DNA of 64,000 nucleotides from Monocercomonoides exilis PA203 (Eukaryota > Protista > Preaxostyla). The translations under genes and the position numbers were made by a program. The stretch lies in contig LSRY02000012.1 of the NCBI GenBank assembly GCA_001643675.2, positions 868,001-932,000 of the forward strand, written 5' to 3'. Position 1 is the first letter of the stretch. Every line of letters starts with the position of its first letter. Positions 23,035-38,018 of this stretch are shown in pieces. Under the pieces are notes generated by a model. It was not told where the DNA came from. It worked only from the letters and a program-made list of their open reading frames with translations, and made no database searches.

Positions 23035-23640
23035 AGATCAAAGACTTGCTGGCTGTGAAGCCAATATTTCATACTGAACGTTTTAATCAATGGCATCACA
23101 ATTCTTCACTCCTATATTATTATTTTGACTTGTTTTTAACTTTTTCAATTCAATTTTTGACCTTTTTTTCTCATTTCACTGTTTTTGCTTAAAACACGAT
23201 TTTTTAAATAAACAAGTGTTTGTGTCAAATTTTATTTATATGAAAAAATACACAAAGTCTTTATTATCGTTTATTTGTATTTAGTTTTGAAATGAAAAGG
23301 AACTTCTCAAAAATTTGAACAAAAAAGCCAGTGGATATGATTTTTTTTTGTTATTCAAATTATTAAACATATACAAATAATTTATCATTTAAATAAACAA
23401 GAATCTATTTATTATAATAATGTTTTTTTATCATTTCAATAAATTTCAAAACAAATTCATATGTGTCCTTTAAATCGGGTTTTTTGAAAAACATGTGAAA
23501 TGAGAAAAAGTGTTAAAAAAACAAGTTGAGAAAGTTTAAAACAACAAAATCATATAAAAAAGAAACGATGTATTATGATATGAAAGCTTAATACTTCCGA
23601 TTAAAATATTCGCTGGAAAAGCAGCAAGTCAATGATCAAA
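23035..23640. repeat. Old, degenerate long inverted repeat (probable foldback/MITE relic)
   Basis: gatcaaagacttgctg (23036) vs revcomp gatcattgacttgctg (~23622-23637). 23126-23210 aligns loosely with the revcomp of 23470-23553. Confidence 0.45.
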
Positions 23641-24881
23641 ACATAAAATTATTATAATCCTCGATCTTTTTGAAAAAAATGAAATATTGAAAAAAAATAC
23701 AGAATAAGGAAATAAAAACATTTCAAACATTATTGGTTATTTTTTATTTATCACAAGCTTGTGTGTAGCTGAAAGTTTAATAAAAAAGAAAAAGGTCAAG
23801 ATTAAGAAAAAAGGTCAAGATTAAATTATAGCCCTAAATCAATTTTGACCATAATCTGCACTTATAATGCTGTATTCACAACGTTTGTATTTATTTCTCT
23901 TTAAAACTGTTCCTCCTGAACTTCTTGATTTTGAAAAACCAAACTCAAATTAAATCTTCATGAATCAAAGGGATGGGTTGATTGAAATGCTTTCTGCTGA
24001 AATGCTGTTCATTTCTGCTCATGGATTGCAATTTGCAGGTTGTTTGCAGTTATTCATTTTGATTCTTTTGTTTTTTTTTAATATATGATGATCACCCACC
24101 TTGTCTTTGATTTTCAGCGATGGTTTTATTTGAACAATATTTTGTTTTTATATTCACTCTTCACATTGATGAGACTCATTTTATGAAGCCTTTTGTTTAT
24201 TGAATTGGATGCCCTCTTCGATAAGAATTTTGAAATTGCTGCTGAAGAGAAGGAAAATTAAGGGGGTGGAGGAGCACAATGAAAAGCAAAAAATATATGC
24301 CTTTAATTGAAGAAAAATGATTGTTGAGTGTGAAATTGATAATGAGAAAACTGCAATATCGATTTTGAACAACGAGAATGTATACAAACTGACCAGTTTG
24401 TTCTCAATCAATTCCAACATCTTGGTTTCAAATCCGCATGTTTCCGATGAGACAGAAAATCCTAAGTATTCAGATTGATGAAAATTGATGAATTAGAAGG
24501 AAATCTCAAAAAGAAAAAAATACAAAGTTTGATTATTGCTCGACAAAAAATTTAATATAAAAAAGAAAACAATAAATTTATTTTTAAATGTAAATGATTA
24601 AATCAATTCATCACGATTTTCAGGATTATTTCATCTTGAAAAATTAACACTTTTTCCTTTTCAGCCCAATATAGAAATTTTTAAACATTCAAAAGTTTAT
24701 TTTTTTGAAAAGTTGAAATATAAGTTCGATACAAAGTGGAAAGACTTCGTCTGTGCATTAAAATTCATTCGAAAACAAGCTGGTGAAGCCGCTTTTTTAT
24801 AATATGTTCGCACTTTTTCAATCATAAAAATTTGTATTTTCCATTTTTGTAGAATTGTTCAGCGGCTATATTAATTAAAAT

Positions 24882-27800
24882 ATGCAAAAATATTTTCCTA
24901 TGAATCATAGGTCATGGATTGAACAAATCGATTGTTCTGTGGTTACTAAAATTTTAACGTTATGCGATGATCTATCAATTCTGACGGCACTTTTTAGTTC
25001 TTCAAATGTTTGCACTGAAACATGCAAAACGTCACTGCGCTCGTTAACAATAAATTCTACATCAACGATCAAATCTTGCTTTGAAGAAAAATCAACCAGT
25101 TCAAGTTCTTTTTGCTTTTCAAATAGATTGTCTTTAATTAACATTGAAATTTTGCCAAATCCCATTCAAGATAAATTCTTTCATGAAAGTTTCGGTAGCA
25201 TTGAGAAGAATTCATCTTTGATGAAGCCAAGCCTTGGGAAAAAGCTTCCATCTTCTTGTCTTTGTCAAAACTTGATAAACATTTTACCTGAATTATCTTC
25301 TCTGGAAGAGTTGTCGCTTCCTTTTTCCATTTTCATTCTACCGTTTTCACATTTTCTAGATAATCAAGCGAGTCTTATTTTTTCTCAAATTAATACAAAG
25401 CTTGCGGCTTATCCAGGTAAATCGCATTCTCCTTCGCTTGAATCATCAATTAATTGGTCCTTTCCAAAAATGGTCGGTCGGATGTCATCAACTCTTTTTG
25501 CTACGAAGACTTTGCTTTATGCGGAAATGCAGCGTCAATCTTCTCGTTCTCCAACACCGCCTCTTTTAGCACCTTCCACCTCTCCCAAGTTGTGTGGGCA
25601 TTCAACTGGAGATGTGGGAACACTTTCACTTTCCACTTCCACTCAACGATCTTTGTCTTCAGATGGATCTTCTTCAATATCACGACAATTTTCCCCGCTT
25701 TCACCATCAAACTCTGATGCAATCAGTCTTGCATCCACAATGCAGCCTTACACTTCGCCTCTTCTCTTTCCTCCATCTCCGTCTGCTTCACCAAATACAT
25801 CGCACTCTGACAGCCCTTCACAGCAATTCGAGCAATCTCAATTGAATTTGAGATATAAGTCTTTTGCAGAAGCATCGCAAATACGAAGGAATTCCGTTGA
25901 AAATGAGCAAATTTTGCTTCTTGATGATTGTGAAGACAGTCCAGGAGCAGGACCAAACACAGGAAATGACATTGATGACAAGAAGTGTACAGAGTTTGAG
26001 GAAATGCATGCTGCAACTCCAGCTGAAGATATGGAAGATTTTTCAGACGATTTTGATACCAGTGAAGAGAAACAAGCCAGCGATTCACACAGCTCAACCA
26101 AACAGCAGATTGCCATTCCACTTTCGAAAGCTCGCCTTTTACTCAGAAGCATCTTAAAACGAAATCAACATGTTGAAGGACTGCAATCTAGTGATATCGT
26201 TGAAAATCAACCAAAAATTAGCAACAGACTTGTGAATATTGCACCGGCTATTTTTGAGGTTCTTCCAGTTTCTGTGAAGGCTCTGTCAATAAAATGCGAT
26301 TGTGATGAATTGGATCTTTCATCTGAATCGTTACAGATGAATTCTCCTTCTACCATGTTTCAGGCAATTGAAGTTTGCCATTCACCTTTCGAATCAAATA
26401 TGTTTAATTGGACACGCAAACACAGTACCTCTTTGCAAATGCATGGAGCTGAAAGGGTACATAATGCACATTCTTGTGATACGTACAAGTGTAATTCTTC
26501 AAACGGAAGGTTATCTGCTTCATCTTGTTGTCCTCCATCGCCTCTCGATGTGTTACGGATTGTATCAGCAATACCTTCCTCTTTTTTAACCACTCTTTCT
26601 CTTTCTTTGTGTCCTCATCTTGTTTTATCTGCTTCGTTTCTCTCTCAGATCATATCTCACGTCTCGTCTTCTCTTTCTTCTCTGACCCTTCACCCATTCG
26701 ACTCAACATGTGATGAGATTACCGATTCAGCCATTCGAATTGTATGCAAAAAGGGAGTTATGCTTCGCGAACTCAACCTCATTCGGTGCACAAAATTCTC
26801 TTCGCTTATTTTTCCAAAGGAAAATGAAAAAATTCGAGCAAGAGATTCTATTTTGAACCTTTCTCAGTCAAAAGCAAAGTTGTACTTTCATCAGAAGCAA
26901 AATGCGCAGAAAGCAATTTCACCAGAACTGTCAACTGATGACAGAAATTGTTGCATGCAGAATCAACAAAGCAGCGCGATAAGCGAGCATCTTATTAGAT
27001 ATCAACAATATCCATTCAACGATAGCACAGAAAGAGAAGCACTTTCTCAATCAATTCAAGATCTTGTAGTGGAAGATGAAGATTACACTGATTTTGAATG
27101 TGAAACACAAAATATACTGAACTTTGAGGAAGAAGAGCTTCAGTTATCCAAAGACAACTGTTCCTCTGTGCAGCCGTATTTTGATAGCATTCCTTCTTTC
27201 TCATATTCTCCGTGCTCTTTTGTTCCATCTTCCGCCATTCTACCTTTCACTCCGCTTTCATCTCCATCTCCTCCAAGACACAAAGCCAAGCATTTGCTAT
27301 CAACTCCTTCAACTCCTCCTGCTTTTCCTAATGCGCCTGCTCCGCCGCCACCAACGCCAGCACGTCAGCGTTCGGAACAGACAAACATTGACACTTTGTC
27401 TTCAGCAGCGTTTTTTTCTCCTGCAAGTTCTTCGCATTTTCACATGAGCAGTTTTTCTCTCAAACGTTCTCATAGCAAGCCTCTTAAATGGCATCTGACT
27501 TCATTGTTAATTGAAGATTGCCCACAATTCGATTCATTTTCTGTGTGCGAATGTGTCAGCAACATTTCTTCTCTGCTTTCTCTTCGCATAATAGACACAA
27601 CAAAACATTTGGAACAAAATCAAAATGAAAATCTTGATCATATTTCTTGCGAAGCTCCAGAAAATCAGGAAACTGAATATTTGTTGAGTGCACTAAATCA
27701 TCTTTCGTCATTCAAAATCTCTGAGGATAAACACCATTGGCATCGTTATGTTTTTTCTGATCATATTGTTTCCGGAATGATTGAAACAGGTTTGTCATTA

Positions 27801-29668
27801 ATTCATTTATTTTGAAGAAATTATATTTTCTTCTTCTTTTCTTCAATTTTTTAATTCTTTAAACAGATCAAATTGTGACTGACTTGTTTTCAGATGCTGT
27901 TGCTTTTAGCAAGCTGGCTCTTGAATCAAATAGCGAAACGGGAGTATCAGCACTCGAGCAGAATTCAATCGATTCATTGGCTGCTCAAACAGGAAATTCA
28001 TTTGTTATGAAAGGACTTTTTCAACATCCGAATGACTTTTCAGAAGCAGATACTGAAAGAGGTGAATCAAAAAAATTATTAGAGGAGCAATTGAATACAA
28101 AAGAGTTGTTCAATGGGCAATTCATTGGAATCTCAATGAAAGAAAAAAATAGAAGAAATCGAAACGCAAAATTAAGTCATATTATGAAAGCATATTCGAG
28201 AAAAAGAAGCATTCCCTCAACATTTTTATTGGATTCAGCGAAATCCTCTGCAAATAATTCCAATGTCATTTCTTCTTTCAAAGCAAAATCCAACTATAAA
28301 ATCAATGAAGGAAACAACAAATTGCCTTTTAAAACTTTTATAAGAAAACGATTTCCAAAACGTAAACACATTCACAAAGGCTTGACTTCTGAATTGAGCT
28401 CTTTTTCATCTAGCAGTAATAATCCATATTTATTTGAGTCCAAGCGCAGCATGTTTCCTGACGTGTCCATAGCTGAGCTTTCGCATCAATGTATTTCTTC
28501 TCTTCTGCACGAGCCCCAAAATTCATTCGAAAGGCTCATTGAATTTTGGTCTTCAGATCCGCAGTGGATAAAATGGAGCAACAACATCAAAGAAAATGAA
28601 GCCGTTCCAGATGAGGTGCTTCTAAATGACTGTCTTCCATCTAATGTACAGAAGCGGATCCATTCAATCATAGCCAGTCACTTGAATGCCCATGGTCCAT
28701 ACCCTTTTCTTTCTCTTCTTTTGAAGCCAAATTTGGAGAAAGAAGTGAATGGCGTGAGATCAGTTCAAGCTTCTTCGGAAAGTTCTTCTCAAAAATTAAA
28801 AGCTAATGCGAAAACAAATACGTCATCTGTTGATTCGAATGTTTCTGTTCAAATACCTTCGCTTCAGCAATCTCTCAAAGCATTTTCAACTCCACCATCG
28901 CAATATGCATCATCACTAAAAACTTTATCATTCAACTCTGACACATCTTGTATAAGTGATGCCTCAATGTTCGTTTTAGCATCTTTCTTCCGTTCTCTCA
29001 CAGAAATAAGACTGTGTGGCTCCTCATTGGTGTCTGACTCAGGAGTGTATGCACTTGCACTCAGTTGCCCTTCGCTTGCCATTCTCGATTTATCTGACTC
29101 AGCTGTGACTGACACATCTGTAGCACTTCTATGCACTTACTCGACTTTTCTCGTTTCTTTAACGCTGCAAAAGTGTAGCGGATTATCTCCAGGTGTATTT
29201 GAAGTAATAAATGCCACAAAATCGAAATCGAGGTATATTATGATTTTTTAATTTCTAATTAATATTTTTTTATTGTTTCGTTATTATTATGTGGTTTGAA
29301 GGAAAACTGTAACTTTTGATTTTTCTTTTAGCCCACAGATTGAAAAATACATAGTAATTCATCTTGCTGCCATTCAGTTAAGAAATAAAGATATTCTGCA
29401 ATTTGAGCAGTTTCCATTGGAACAGCATAGAATGATTTGCTTTAATTCATGTGTATCGAAGTTTATAATTTCTTCTGCAAAAGGAAGAGGAAACTGCAAT
29501 CATTCTTACAACGGAAATCATTTCTCACTATCAGTCCTCAAGTTTCTTTCCTTTTTAATAACATGCTTACCTGGTTTTTTTCAGTGTCTTTCATTTGATC
29601 CTTGTTTATGTATTGTTTTATCGATTCCTTTTCGTTTATTGTTTCCATCGAATTGTAAAGAAATTTGA
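24882..29668 (+). CDS. Large Ser-rich protein with cysteine-containing leucine-rich repeats (FBXL/AMN1-like LRR_CC)
   Basis: ORFs joined by introns 27790-27866 and 29233-29301. Repeats such as CDEITDSAIRIVCKKGVMLRELNLIRC and VSDSGVYALALSCPSLAILDLSDSAVTD. 3' end uncertain. Confidence 0.75.
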
Positions 29669-29790
29669 TTCCTTTAAGTTTTTAAAGATTGTAACATATA
29701 TTTTTTTTTATTTTTTCGTATGGTGTTAGATTGAATAAAGAAGAATTATTCAAGCCCATACTATTTTGTCAATTCACATATATTATTTAA

Positions 29791-32700
29791 ATGAATTTTC
29801 CCGTTGCTCCAAGAACTTTTGCAAGCATTCCATCCTCTTCTAATCGTAATGCTATAGATTGGAGCCCAAATGGACTCGTAGCCGTTGCGATGAATGCTTC
29901 TATTGTTATTATTGATCCTGCAACAACATCAATTCTTCATTCAATCGAAACAAGAAGTGAAATAACAGCAGTTGCATGGTTTGTATTAAAAATACTTTTT
30001 AAAGCTGTTCACCAAAACTTTGTTATTTTTAATTCGAATTTACAAAAAGGGCGCCAACTTTTCTTCCTGTTGACGAAACAAAAGAGGCACCAACAATCAT
30101 TGCTTCAGGTGATCTTAATGGCACTGTATTCATATGGTGCGTACAAACTGGTAGATGCCTTGCTGCTTTGTCTCCAAGATTTTTAGCTCAAAATAAGATT
30201 TATTCGTATCCTTCTGATTCTGAAAGAAAAGTTTCGTCGAAACAAATTTGTCAAGTTGACAAGCTAATCTTTCACCCAACAAACCCAGAAATGCTTTATT
30301 CATTTCATAAAAGATCATTTTTAACGCTTTGGGATATTTCTCGTTGTTGTCAAGTATGCCTTCGCAGTTAATTATTCATTGTTTAATTGATTAATGCCAC
30401 TGATCAACAGCTTTGGTCGATGAATTTATCTTCTTTTCCAGATGAAATAACTGCATTTGGAGTTAATGGTGCAGATGCTTCATTTGGACTCTGTGGGAAT
30501 TCTGAAATGCTTTATTTATTTTCCGACAGTATACCAGGAACAGAGCCACCAGATGATCAACACTCCGCAAAAATTGCTCGTTCAACACTTTTTCCAAGTC
30601 TAATTTGTCCTCCAATTAGCATTCCTTCTTTGTTTCCCTTGCCATCTGCATCAACGTTTGCTCCTCTATCTCATCCAAAGCAGGAGCCTGTTTCAATTCA
30701 TTTTCCAGTGTGCTCATTTCCTGGAACTGCTCTCATTCTCTATCCTTCCACGTCTGTTCTTGTCGATACCGTTGTGGGTCTTCCGCTTTGTTCCTCAACT
30801 GCGGCTGCGTCATCTTCCTTTTTGGCTCGAAATTCTCCAGCTGTGTGGATGGGAATTGGAGTGATATCTGGCGAGGAAAATTCGCTTTTTGAAAGCGAGG
30901 CAGATCGTTCCAGCAGAAGAAGAGCGCACGAAATGTCTCGGACTAATGGTACAGCAGGAGATAATGCATTGCATCAACAGCAAAGAAGGGAAAGCACAAA
31001 AGGCCTGAAAGAATTGCTTTTGGAAAAGGGAAGTTTTCTTCACCAGCCGACCGTTCCCACTCTGCTGCAAGCTGTTCTGCACCAAAACGGAGTGATATCT
31101 GTCTACACCTTATCCCCACCAAACTGCACATCATTGACAAACACACCCACATTCTCCTTTATGGGCACATGCGACCTGCCAAAATGGATGAAGAAGCCGA
31201 TGGACACAACGCCAACTCTGCTGAGCATCGCGCAATCGCCTCGAAATCCGATGCTTTTTGTGACGTTGACAAGCGAAGGGATGATCGGCGTGTGGAATGC
31301 AGATACGCGGCGTGGCGAACGAGATCAAAGAGGAAATGAAAACAAAGCGGAGAAGGCAAAAGAGGAGGTGAAACAAGAACAAAAAAGCAAAGAGCCAGAA
31401 CTGACTGGGGAAATGATGCGAAAGATAGCAAACTATACACTGACCCATCGCTTCTCAAAGGCCGATCTGAAAGTTCTGAAGAAATTGCGCTCTCCCAACA
31501 CATTGGCACACTCGTCATTCCATTTTTCTCCGTCTTTTCTTCGCCCTCCGCTTTCATTCACACTCCGCAGCTTGTTTCATATTGCCCCACCAATGATCAC
31601 GTGCTTGGAGCCTTATCCTTTTGGTAGTCCATCTGAAAGCGCAGCATTTGCCATCCCACAGCCTCATATTCCTGTTCAAAACCCGCAAAATCTTGTTGCG
31701 CTGGGCACAAAGGAAGGAAAAGTGTATTTGTTTGACATCAAAAGAAGAAAGTCCATCAAAGAGATGCGTGTTTCAACGCTGTTTGGCTTAAAGATGGTGC
31801 GCTGGATAACTCCGTGTGTTGTGATGTGTGTGGTTGACAGAAAGATTTTCAGAGGGAAAGGCAAAACAGCCTCACTTTCTTCCTCTGCCTCTTCTTCTTC
31901 CTCGTCATCTCCTGCCTCATCTCTCAGCATGCAACACGACATCTTCTTTGTCGACTTCGTCTCTTCGCGTGTGATTCCACTCCCTCGTCTTTCTCAGCTG
32001 CAACCAGCTGCCTCCCCACTCGCAACGAACAGCCCATCAAAGCAGAGCTCCCCTTCTTTCTCCTCTCCTTTGCACCAGTCCTTATTTGAACCTTCTGCAT
32101 TTCTCTCTCTCCCTCCTCCAAAAGCCATCCGCTTATCTCCCACACGACGCCTGCTGCTGATCTTCTCTGCGGCTGCTTTGGAGCTGTGGGACCTTCCGCG
32201 ACGGAGGATGGTGTCGCTGCTGCGCCTCAGCGAGTATCCTGAACTGGCTGCGCTGTCGTCACTCGCGTGGCGCTTTGGTGGAGGTGGTGAGGGATGCACG
32301 CTGTTTTCTGTGCCAGCTCCGCTGGGGTGGCTGGCCGAGAGAGAGAAGAGACGGCTTGAGGCACAGCAGAGGAAAAACGAACAGAGCAGCGATAACTTGA
32401 ACAGCTCTATTGGTTATTCACCGACTGGGGCTCCAGCACCTCCCATCGATACTTCAGAAATAAGAGCTCACACAAACTCCACTTTTGCTTCGTCGTTTCT
32501 GTCTCATCAGTTTGCCGAGCATTTCATGGGCATCACAGTCAGTGGCAGAGCAATTGTCTACGAAGCATCGCCAACCAAATGCAGCCAGCTCTTTTCCTTT
32601 GCCATTGATCCTTCCATCCCTCCCACCGCTGCAGAACTCCCGCTCAATGCGCCTGTGCCGTCGGCCGATCCCATCACGTGCTGGGCGTGGCGCGGGGACT

Positions 32701-35700
32701 CTGTGTGGACGCTGAGCCGGAACGGCATCTTCTCCTCCATCTCAACCACCACTCACTCGCTTATCTCGCGCTGTGTGCTCAGCTCAGCCCCTGGCTATCT
32801 GTTTCTTGCATCGCCCAGAGCATATTCAAATCCCACGTCTTCTGGCAGCTCCTCTGCCATTTTTGGTGCTCAAAACACAGGAATCAATTCATTCACAGCA
32901 AATTCCGGTCTTTCAGAAGAAGCGCTGAATGGGGTGTTTGAAAGCATCAACGAGAAGGAGTTCTCTTCCGACGACAGTGCTGAGGGCCAGCCAGCTCGTT
33001 TCACAATGATGCTTCCTTCTCCCAACCTGCGTTTTGTGTGCTTGCAGTCGTCACAGGGAGATGTGTGTGTGATCGATGTGGAGAAACAGGCTCCTATTTC
33101 TCGCTCGCTCTTGTCGCACAACCAGACAGCGTGCCTCAGAAGTCTGGATGTGCTGTGGATGAGCGACGAGACGCTGGTTGTTCTCGACTCCACAGGGATT
33201 CTCCGCACTTTCACTCCTTCTCTTTCGCTCGTTCCGCTTGCTCCTGAGGGACAATTAATGAATAAAGGTGTTGCGTCACCACAAAGAGAGATAGAAAGAA
33301 GGAAAGTGGAATTGAATGAAAAGCAAAAGAAAACAGTTTCGCCTGCTTTGCTTCCTGTTTCTTCACAGGTTGTGATTCGAAATAGATTGCTTTCGTATTC
33401 TCCTTTTGGTGATAAAGGAACTGTTCCAACAGCATCACCAGCTTCAAATAAAAATGACCAGGAAAAATTGAATCAAAATTCGAATTTATCAGAGCCAGTT
33501 CCATTAAGCAATGATAATAATAAAATGGCCGAATCTCAAAGAGAAAGTTCACTTAATAAAGAGCAAAGCAATATTACTCGATTGCCTTCAGATTTCAATG
33601 GAAAATGCACTTTTTTGAGAACTTTTCAAAGTCATTTCGTATCAAAGCTGCCAGGGTCACATCGTTCCTGTTTTAATTCATTGCATCCGCTGTTTGCCTC
33701 AACATATTCTCATTTTATCCATTTGGAGCAGCTTTCGCATCTCAATCTGCAGTTCATTGAAGAATTATGCTCAGGGAAAATAACATCTGAAAGAGCAAAT
33801 AAGTCGATTGCTTCAACTAATTCAATTAAAATGGATCATAAAAACAGCACACTAAAAGAACTGAGCAGTCAACTTCAAACAAAGTTGAATGAGCTCACAC
33901 AAAAAGTTACATCAGAACAAACTCCAAATCACTCTGACAATAATCCAATTCCCATCACTCACCATCTCTTCACATTGGTCGCACTCACCCAACACACATC
34001 CAACACCCTCTCTCAACTTCGTGCGCGGATTGGTCGAGCTTTGTATACATCCTTGTTCTTTGGCGATTCTCTGCACAGCTCTGCATCCCTTGCCCCATCG
34101 CTGTCACTTGCCCGCTTTTGGATTCTGCTGTGGCGCCGCTGCGAGCAGAAGGCGATGGCAGAGCATGCGAAATTGGTTGCAGAGTGGAGGGCGAAACGGA
34201 AGGGGTGGAGAGAAAAGAGGAATAAAAAGAAGAAAAACGAGAATAAAACAGAAAAGAGTGGAGATTCATTGAATGAGAAAATGAAGACTGAGCAAAGAAA
34301 ACAAGAAGAGCAAGCAGACGATTCAGCTGCCCAGCATTCGCTTGAAGTTGTTGCAGACGAAATGAACACGATCTTCGAAGCGCAGTCCATGTTCCGAAGC
34401 CGAAGCGACGTTGAGCGAGAAGAAGAAGGTATCCTCATACGGAACCTAGCGTCTCTCTATCTGCGATACGGAATCGACTGCAAGAACAAACAATGGCCAG
34501 AACTGCACCTTTTGCCACGGCACACGAAGGAGCTTTCTTCTGCTTCTATCACACGCACGCCCCCGCCTGCTTATCCACCTCCGCCTCCTCCAAAGACCAG
34601 GTCTCCTTCACCTCAGAGAAGCTCTCCGTCGCAGACAGCATCAAAAACAAAGAGCGAAAGTGGTAATTTTAACAAGCAGGCGACAAATGCAGTTGCCATT
34701 CTCCCTTTGTCTTTGGTTGTGTCTGCGCCTATTTCCTTTGTCGAGCGGTGCATTTCGTTCTTTCTGTCAACAAATCGTCCGCTTGCTGCGGTTGCTCTTT
34801 TGCTCCACACGCCTTTTGCTTCTTCTTCGCTCCAGGCAAACATCCAGCGAGCACTCGCACTGGCTAGCAGCTGCTGCAACGGGGCGGTAAAATGCAACTG
34901 TTCACGCTGTCTTTCTTCGATTTGCAGTGAAAGAGGAGAAAATGAGGGAAATGAGGGAAATGAGGGAAATCTAGAAAAAGAAGGTGTTTTGAAGGGGAAC
35001 AGAGCAGAACAAGCGAAATATCTGCAGGAAGCTGCAGCGATTGTGTCGTCCATTCAATATTTCCTCATCAATTACTTCCCCAAGCAGAATGACACCACTT
35101 CACTTGCTTCATTCACAGGGGCTGTTCGTTCTCCGTCTCTTCATCCTTCTCCCAATGCCCAAACTGGTTCATCTGTGCCTTCATCATCATCATCTTCTTC
35201 TTCTTCCTCATCATCTAATTCCTCAAATTCTTCCTCTTCCACTTCATTCCAGCCATTTCGCCAAGTTACCAGCTCCACCGCCGCTCACCCTTCCTTCTCT
35301 CAGCACATCCTCCTTCCTTCTCACCCTCTTCATTCTCATCTCCACTCCCGCGCAGTCAAATTCCATCGTGCTGTCGAGCCTTTCATTGCATCTTCTCCTG
35401 TTTCCTCGTTACTTCTGTCTTGCTCAATGAAAATACAGCACGCGAATGGCTGGACAGACGCAATGTGCAGCAGACACCGCCTGCAGGCTGTGCCTCTTCT
35501 GTGGAAGAATAACTGCCCCAGCGATGCTTTGTTATTAGGATTGCTTAGCTTGGACAATGAAGCACTTGAGGAGCTTGTGTGTGAGTGGACAGCGAGCCTG
35601 ATGCAGAGAGCAGACGGAAATGAAGGGTTTGTGGAGAAGCTGATGGAGACGGTGAATGCAGTACATTCTTCTTCTTCTCCTCCTCCTCCTCCTCCTTCTC

Positions 35701-36530
35701 ATTCTCATCCTCAAACACTTTGCAAAGAGCAGACAAAGCCAAATAAATGTTCAACCCATCAAGCGAATGACGAGCAGCTCTTTGAGCTGATTTCATCTTC
35801 GCTTGATTTGATACTCAAGCCTCGCTTGGCATGTGCGCTGAATGCAGACAGCCTGCCTGTTTGTGATGCTCTCCTTCTTTCGTCCATCTTACGCTCCATT
35901 CATCTCAATTCTCCTTCGTTTGCAACCACTCCGCTTCTTCCTGATTTTGCAATGTCATCATCAAGTTCTTCTTCCTCCTCTGCTTCCTCTTCTCTTCACA
36001 GCAAACGCAAGTCATTAGGTATTTATTCATCAAGCACAACAGACATCTCATCACAAATCTCATTTCAATCTCCTTCTCTTTCTTTATCTTCCAAGTCTTT
36101 TTCTGCTACCTCCACTTCTTCCTCTTCCTCTTCCCTTCCTTCTTCTCTTCCTTCTTCAGCTCCTCTTTCATCATCAGCCACTTCACTTCCCATTCAGCCT
36201 CCGCATCACATCCCGCAAATGCTCCCACTGCAGACGCTGTCTTCTTCTCTTCCTGGAATGAGATTTTGCTTTTCTCCTTCTCTTTTTTCCTTTTCTGCTT
36301 CTCTTTCACATCGTCTTTTGCTCCCGACATCCCTTTTGTCTCTTCTCCATTCCAACAATCTGTCAAACCTCCTTCTGCTTTTGATTCACTGCAGGTCCTA
36401 TTTTGTTGCTGGTGCTTTGCTGGACATTCTTGTTCAAAGCCGGTTCATACTTCCTTCAGATCTTCGTGATGAATCTGATATCTCGGTTTTTGCAGAAATA
36501 ATAAATACAAAATTATCACAAAATAGCTAA
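29791..36530 (+). CDS. WDR11: WDR11-like WD40-repeat protein with long Ser/Pro-rich insertions
   Basis: N-terminus PRTF..NRNAIDWSPNGLVA..IVIID..ITAVAW..IASGDLNGTVFIW. C-terminal ERC..LSTNRPLAAVALLLHT resembles WDR11. Introns at ~29979-30049 and 30354-30410. Confidence 0.65.
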
Positions 36531-36649
36531 ATATGAGTTTTTATTTCACTATATATATATTTTGTTAATTCTCGACAAATTTTTATGTTAAATTTTTCTT
36601 TTTGCTTTTTGAACAAAAAATTTTCGATCTTACTTCTAATTAATATATT

Positions 36650-38018
36650 ATGTCAATTTCAGTTCCATTAATTTCGGATTTAATTCATAAATACGATGTG
36701 TTTCTATTCGACTGTGATGGTATTCCTTTATTGTTATTTCAAAAGTGTAATGACACTGTGAATAGGAACACTTTGGTCTGGAAGTCATGAAATTCAAGGA
36801 GTTAGAAAGTTTCTTTCAATACTTAAGCAATCTGGAAAAACAATTCTTTTGGTTTCAAATAATGCAACAAAGGAGCCAAGTGCTGTTTCAAAAAAAGCGC
36901 AAAGCTTTGGATTTGATGTTTCCGAAGTTTGACATTATGGTATTCATTTTCCATTAGTAATACTTTTTTAGGAGCAAGTTATCACATCAGGACTTGTTTT
37001 AAAGCACTTTCTTAGAGAAGATGTTAATTTGTGCAAACATAATGAAAGTTGTGAAGTGAAGCAAGCAAAAAAATTTAATCGAGCTCTTGTTCTTGGAGAG
37101 CAAGCACTTGTTGATGTAATTCAGAGCATTGGAATTCAAACATATGGCTCTCCGGGACCAGTGTGCTTGTTTAATTTTTTTTATCATTTCATTGTTCGTG
37201 TTTACAGGATTCAAAAGATGATTTGTATCTAAGTCCAAAATATCCAGCTGATGATGTTGATTGTGTAATTGTTGGATTCGATACAAAGCTTAATTACCAA
37301 CGAATTTCTAGAGCAATGCGCGCATTGGCAAGGTTTTTACATTGGCTTATTTGAGTGTTTTCACATCTTTTTTTTTTATTGATTTTAATTTTTAACAGAA
37401 AAGATATTTTATTTATTGCCACAAATTGCGATCCTGCAATTCCTTCAACAGAAGGAATTCCTCTTCCAGGAGCCGGCACTACTGTTGCGGCTGTTTCTAC
37501 TGCTTCCGAACGTCAACCAGATTTTGTCATGGGAAAGCCATCAAAGATGATGTGGGAGTTTGTAAAGCAGAGAATAAAAGAACTTCGCCAATCAAAAAAA
37601 TTATCTCAATCTCCTCCAAAGTCCTCATCAATAACTGCAACAGGACTTGATTTGCCTTCTTCCTCTTCCTCTTCTTCTTCTTCTGCATGCTCTGATGATG
37701 CATTCTTATTGAACATCGAAAGAAGATGCCTTATGATTGGAGATCGCCTGGAAACAGATATTTTGTTTGGAGAACTGAATGGATTGGACACTTTGTTAGT
37801 GCTTACGGGTTTGTCTTTCGCAATAACCATTTTAATGACCAAAGACATTAATTTTCAATTTATGTCATTTTTATTTTTTATTTTTGAACATTTGTTTTGC
37901 ATTTGGAATATCAGGAATTGCCACGTATGAAAGGATGATGGAATCCAAAATTAAACCCACTTTCTACGTTGAATCTCTTGAGATATTTTCCACAAATCCA
38001 GAGGATTTCAAAACTTGA
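36650..38018 (+). CDS. HAD-superfamily IIA phosphatase (phosphoglycolate/pyridoxal/p-nitrophenyl phosphatase-like), multi-exon
   Basis: FLFDCDG|TLW (motif I), VSNN, IATN, MGKPS, MIGDRLETDILFG, LLVLTG. About 5 short introns. Confidence 0.9.

Noticed and set aside
24170-24480. Slightly GC-richer, coding-like fragment
   Set aside because: Stop-riddled with no motif I can assign; at most an unidentifiable relic.
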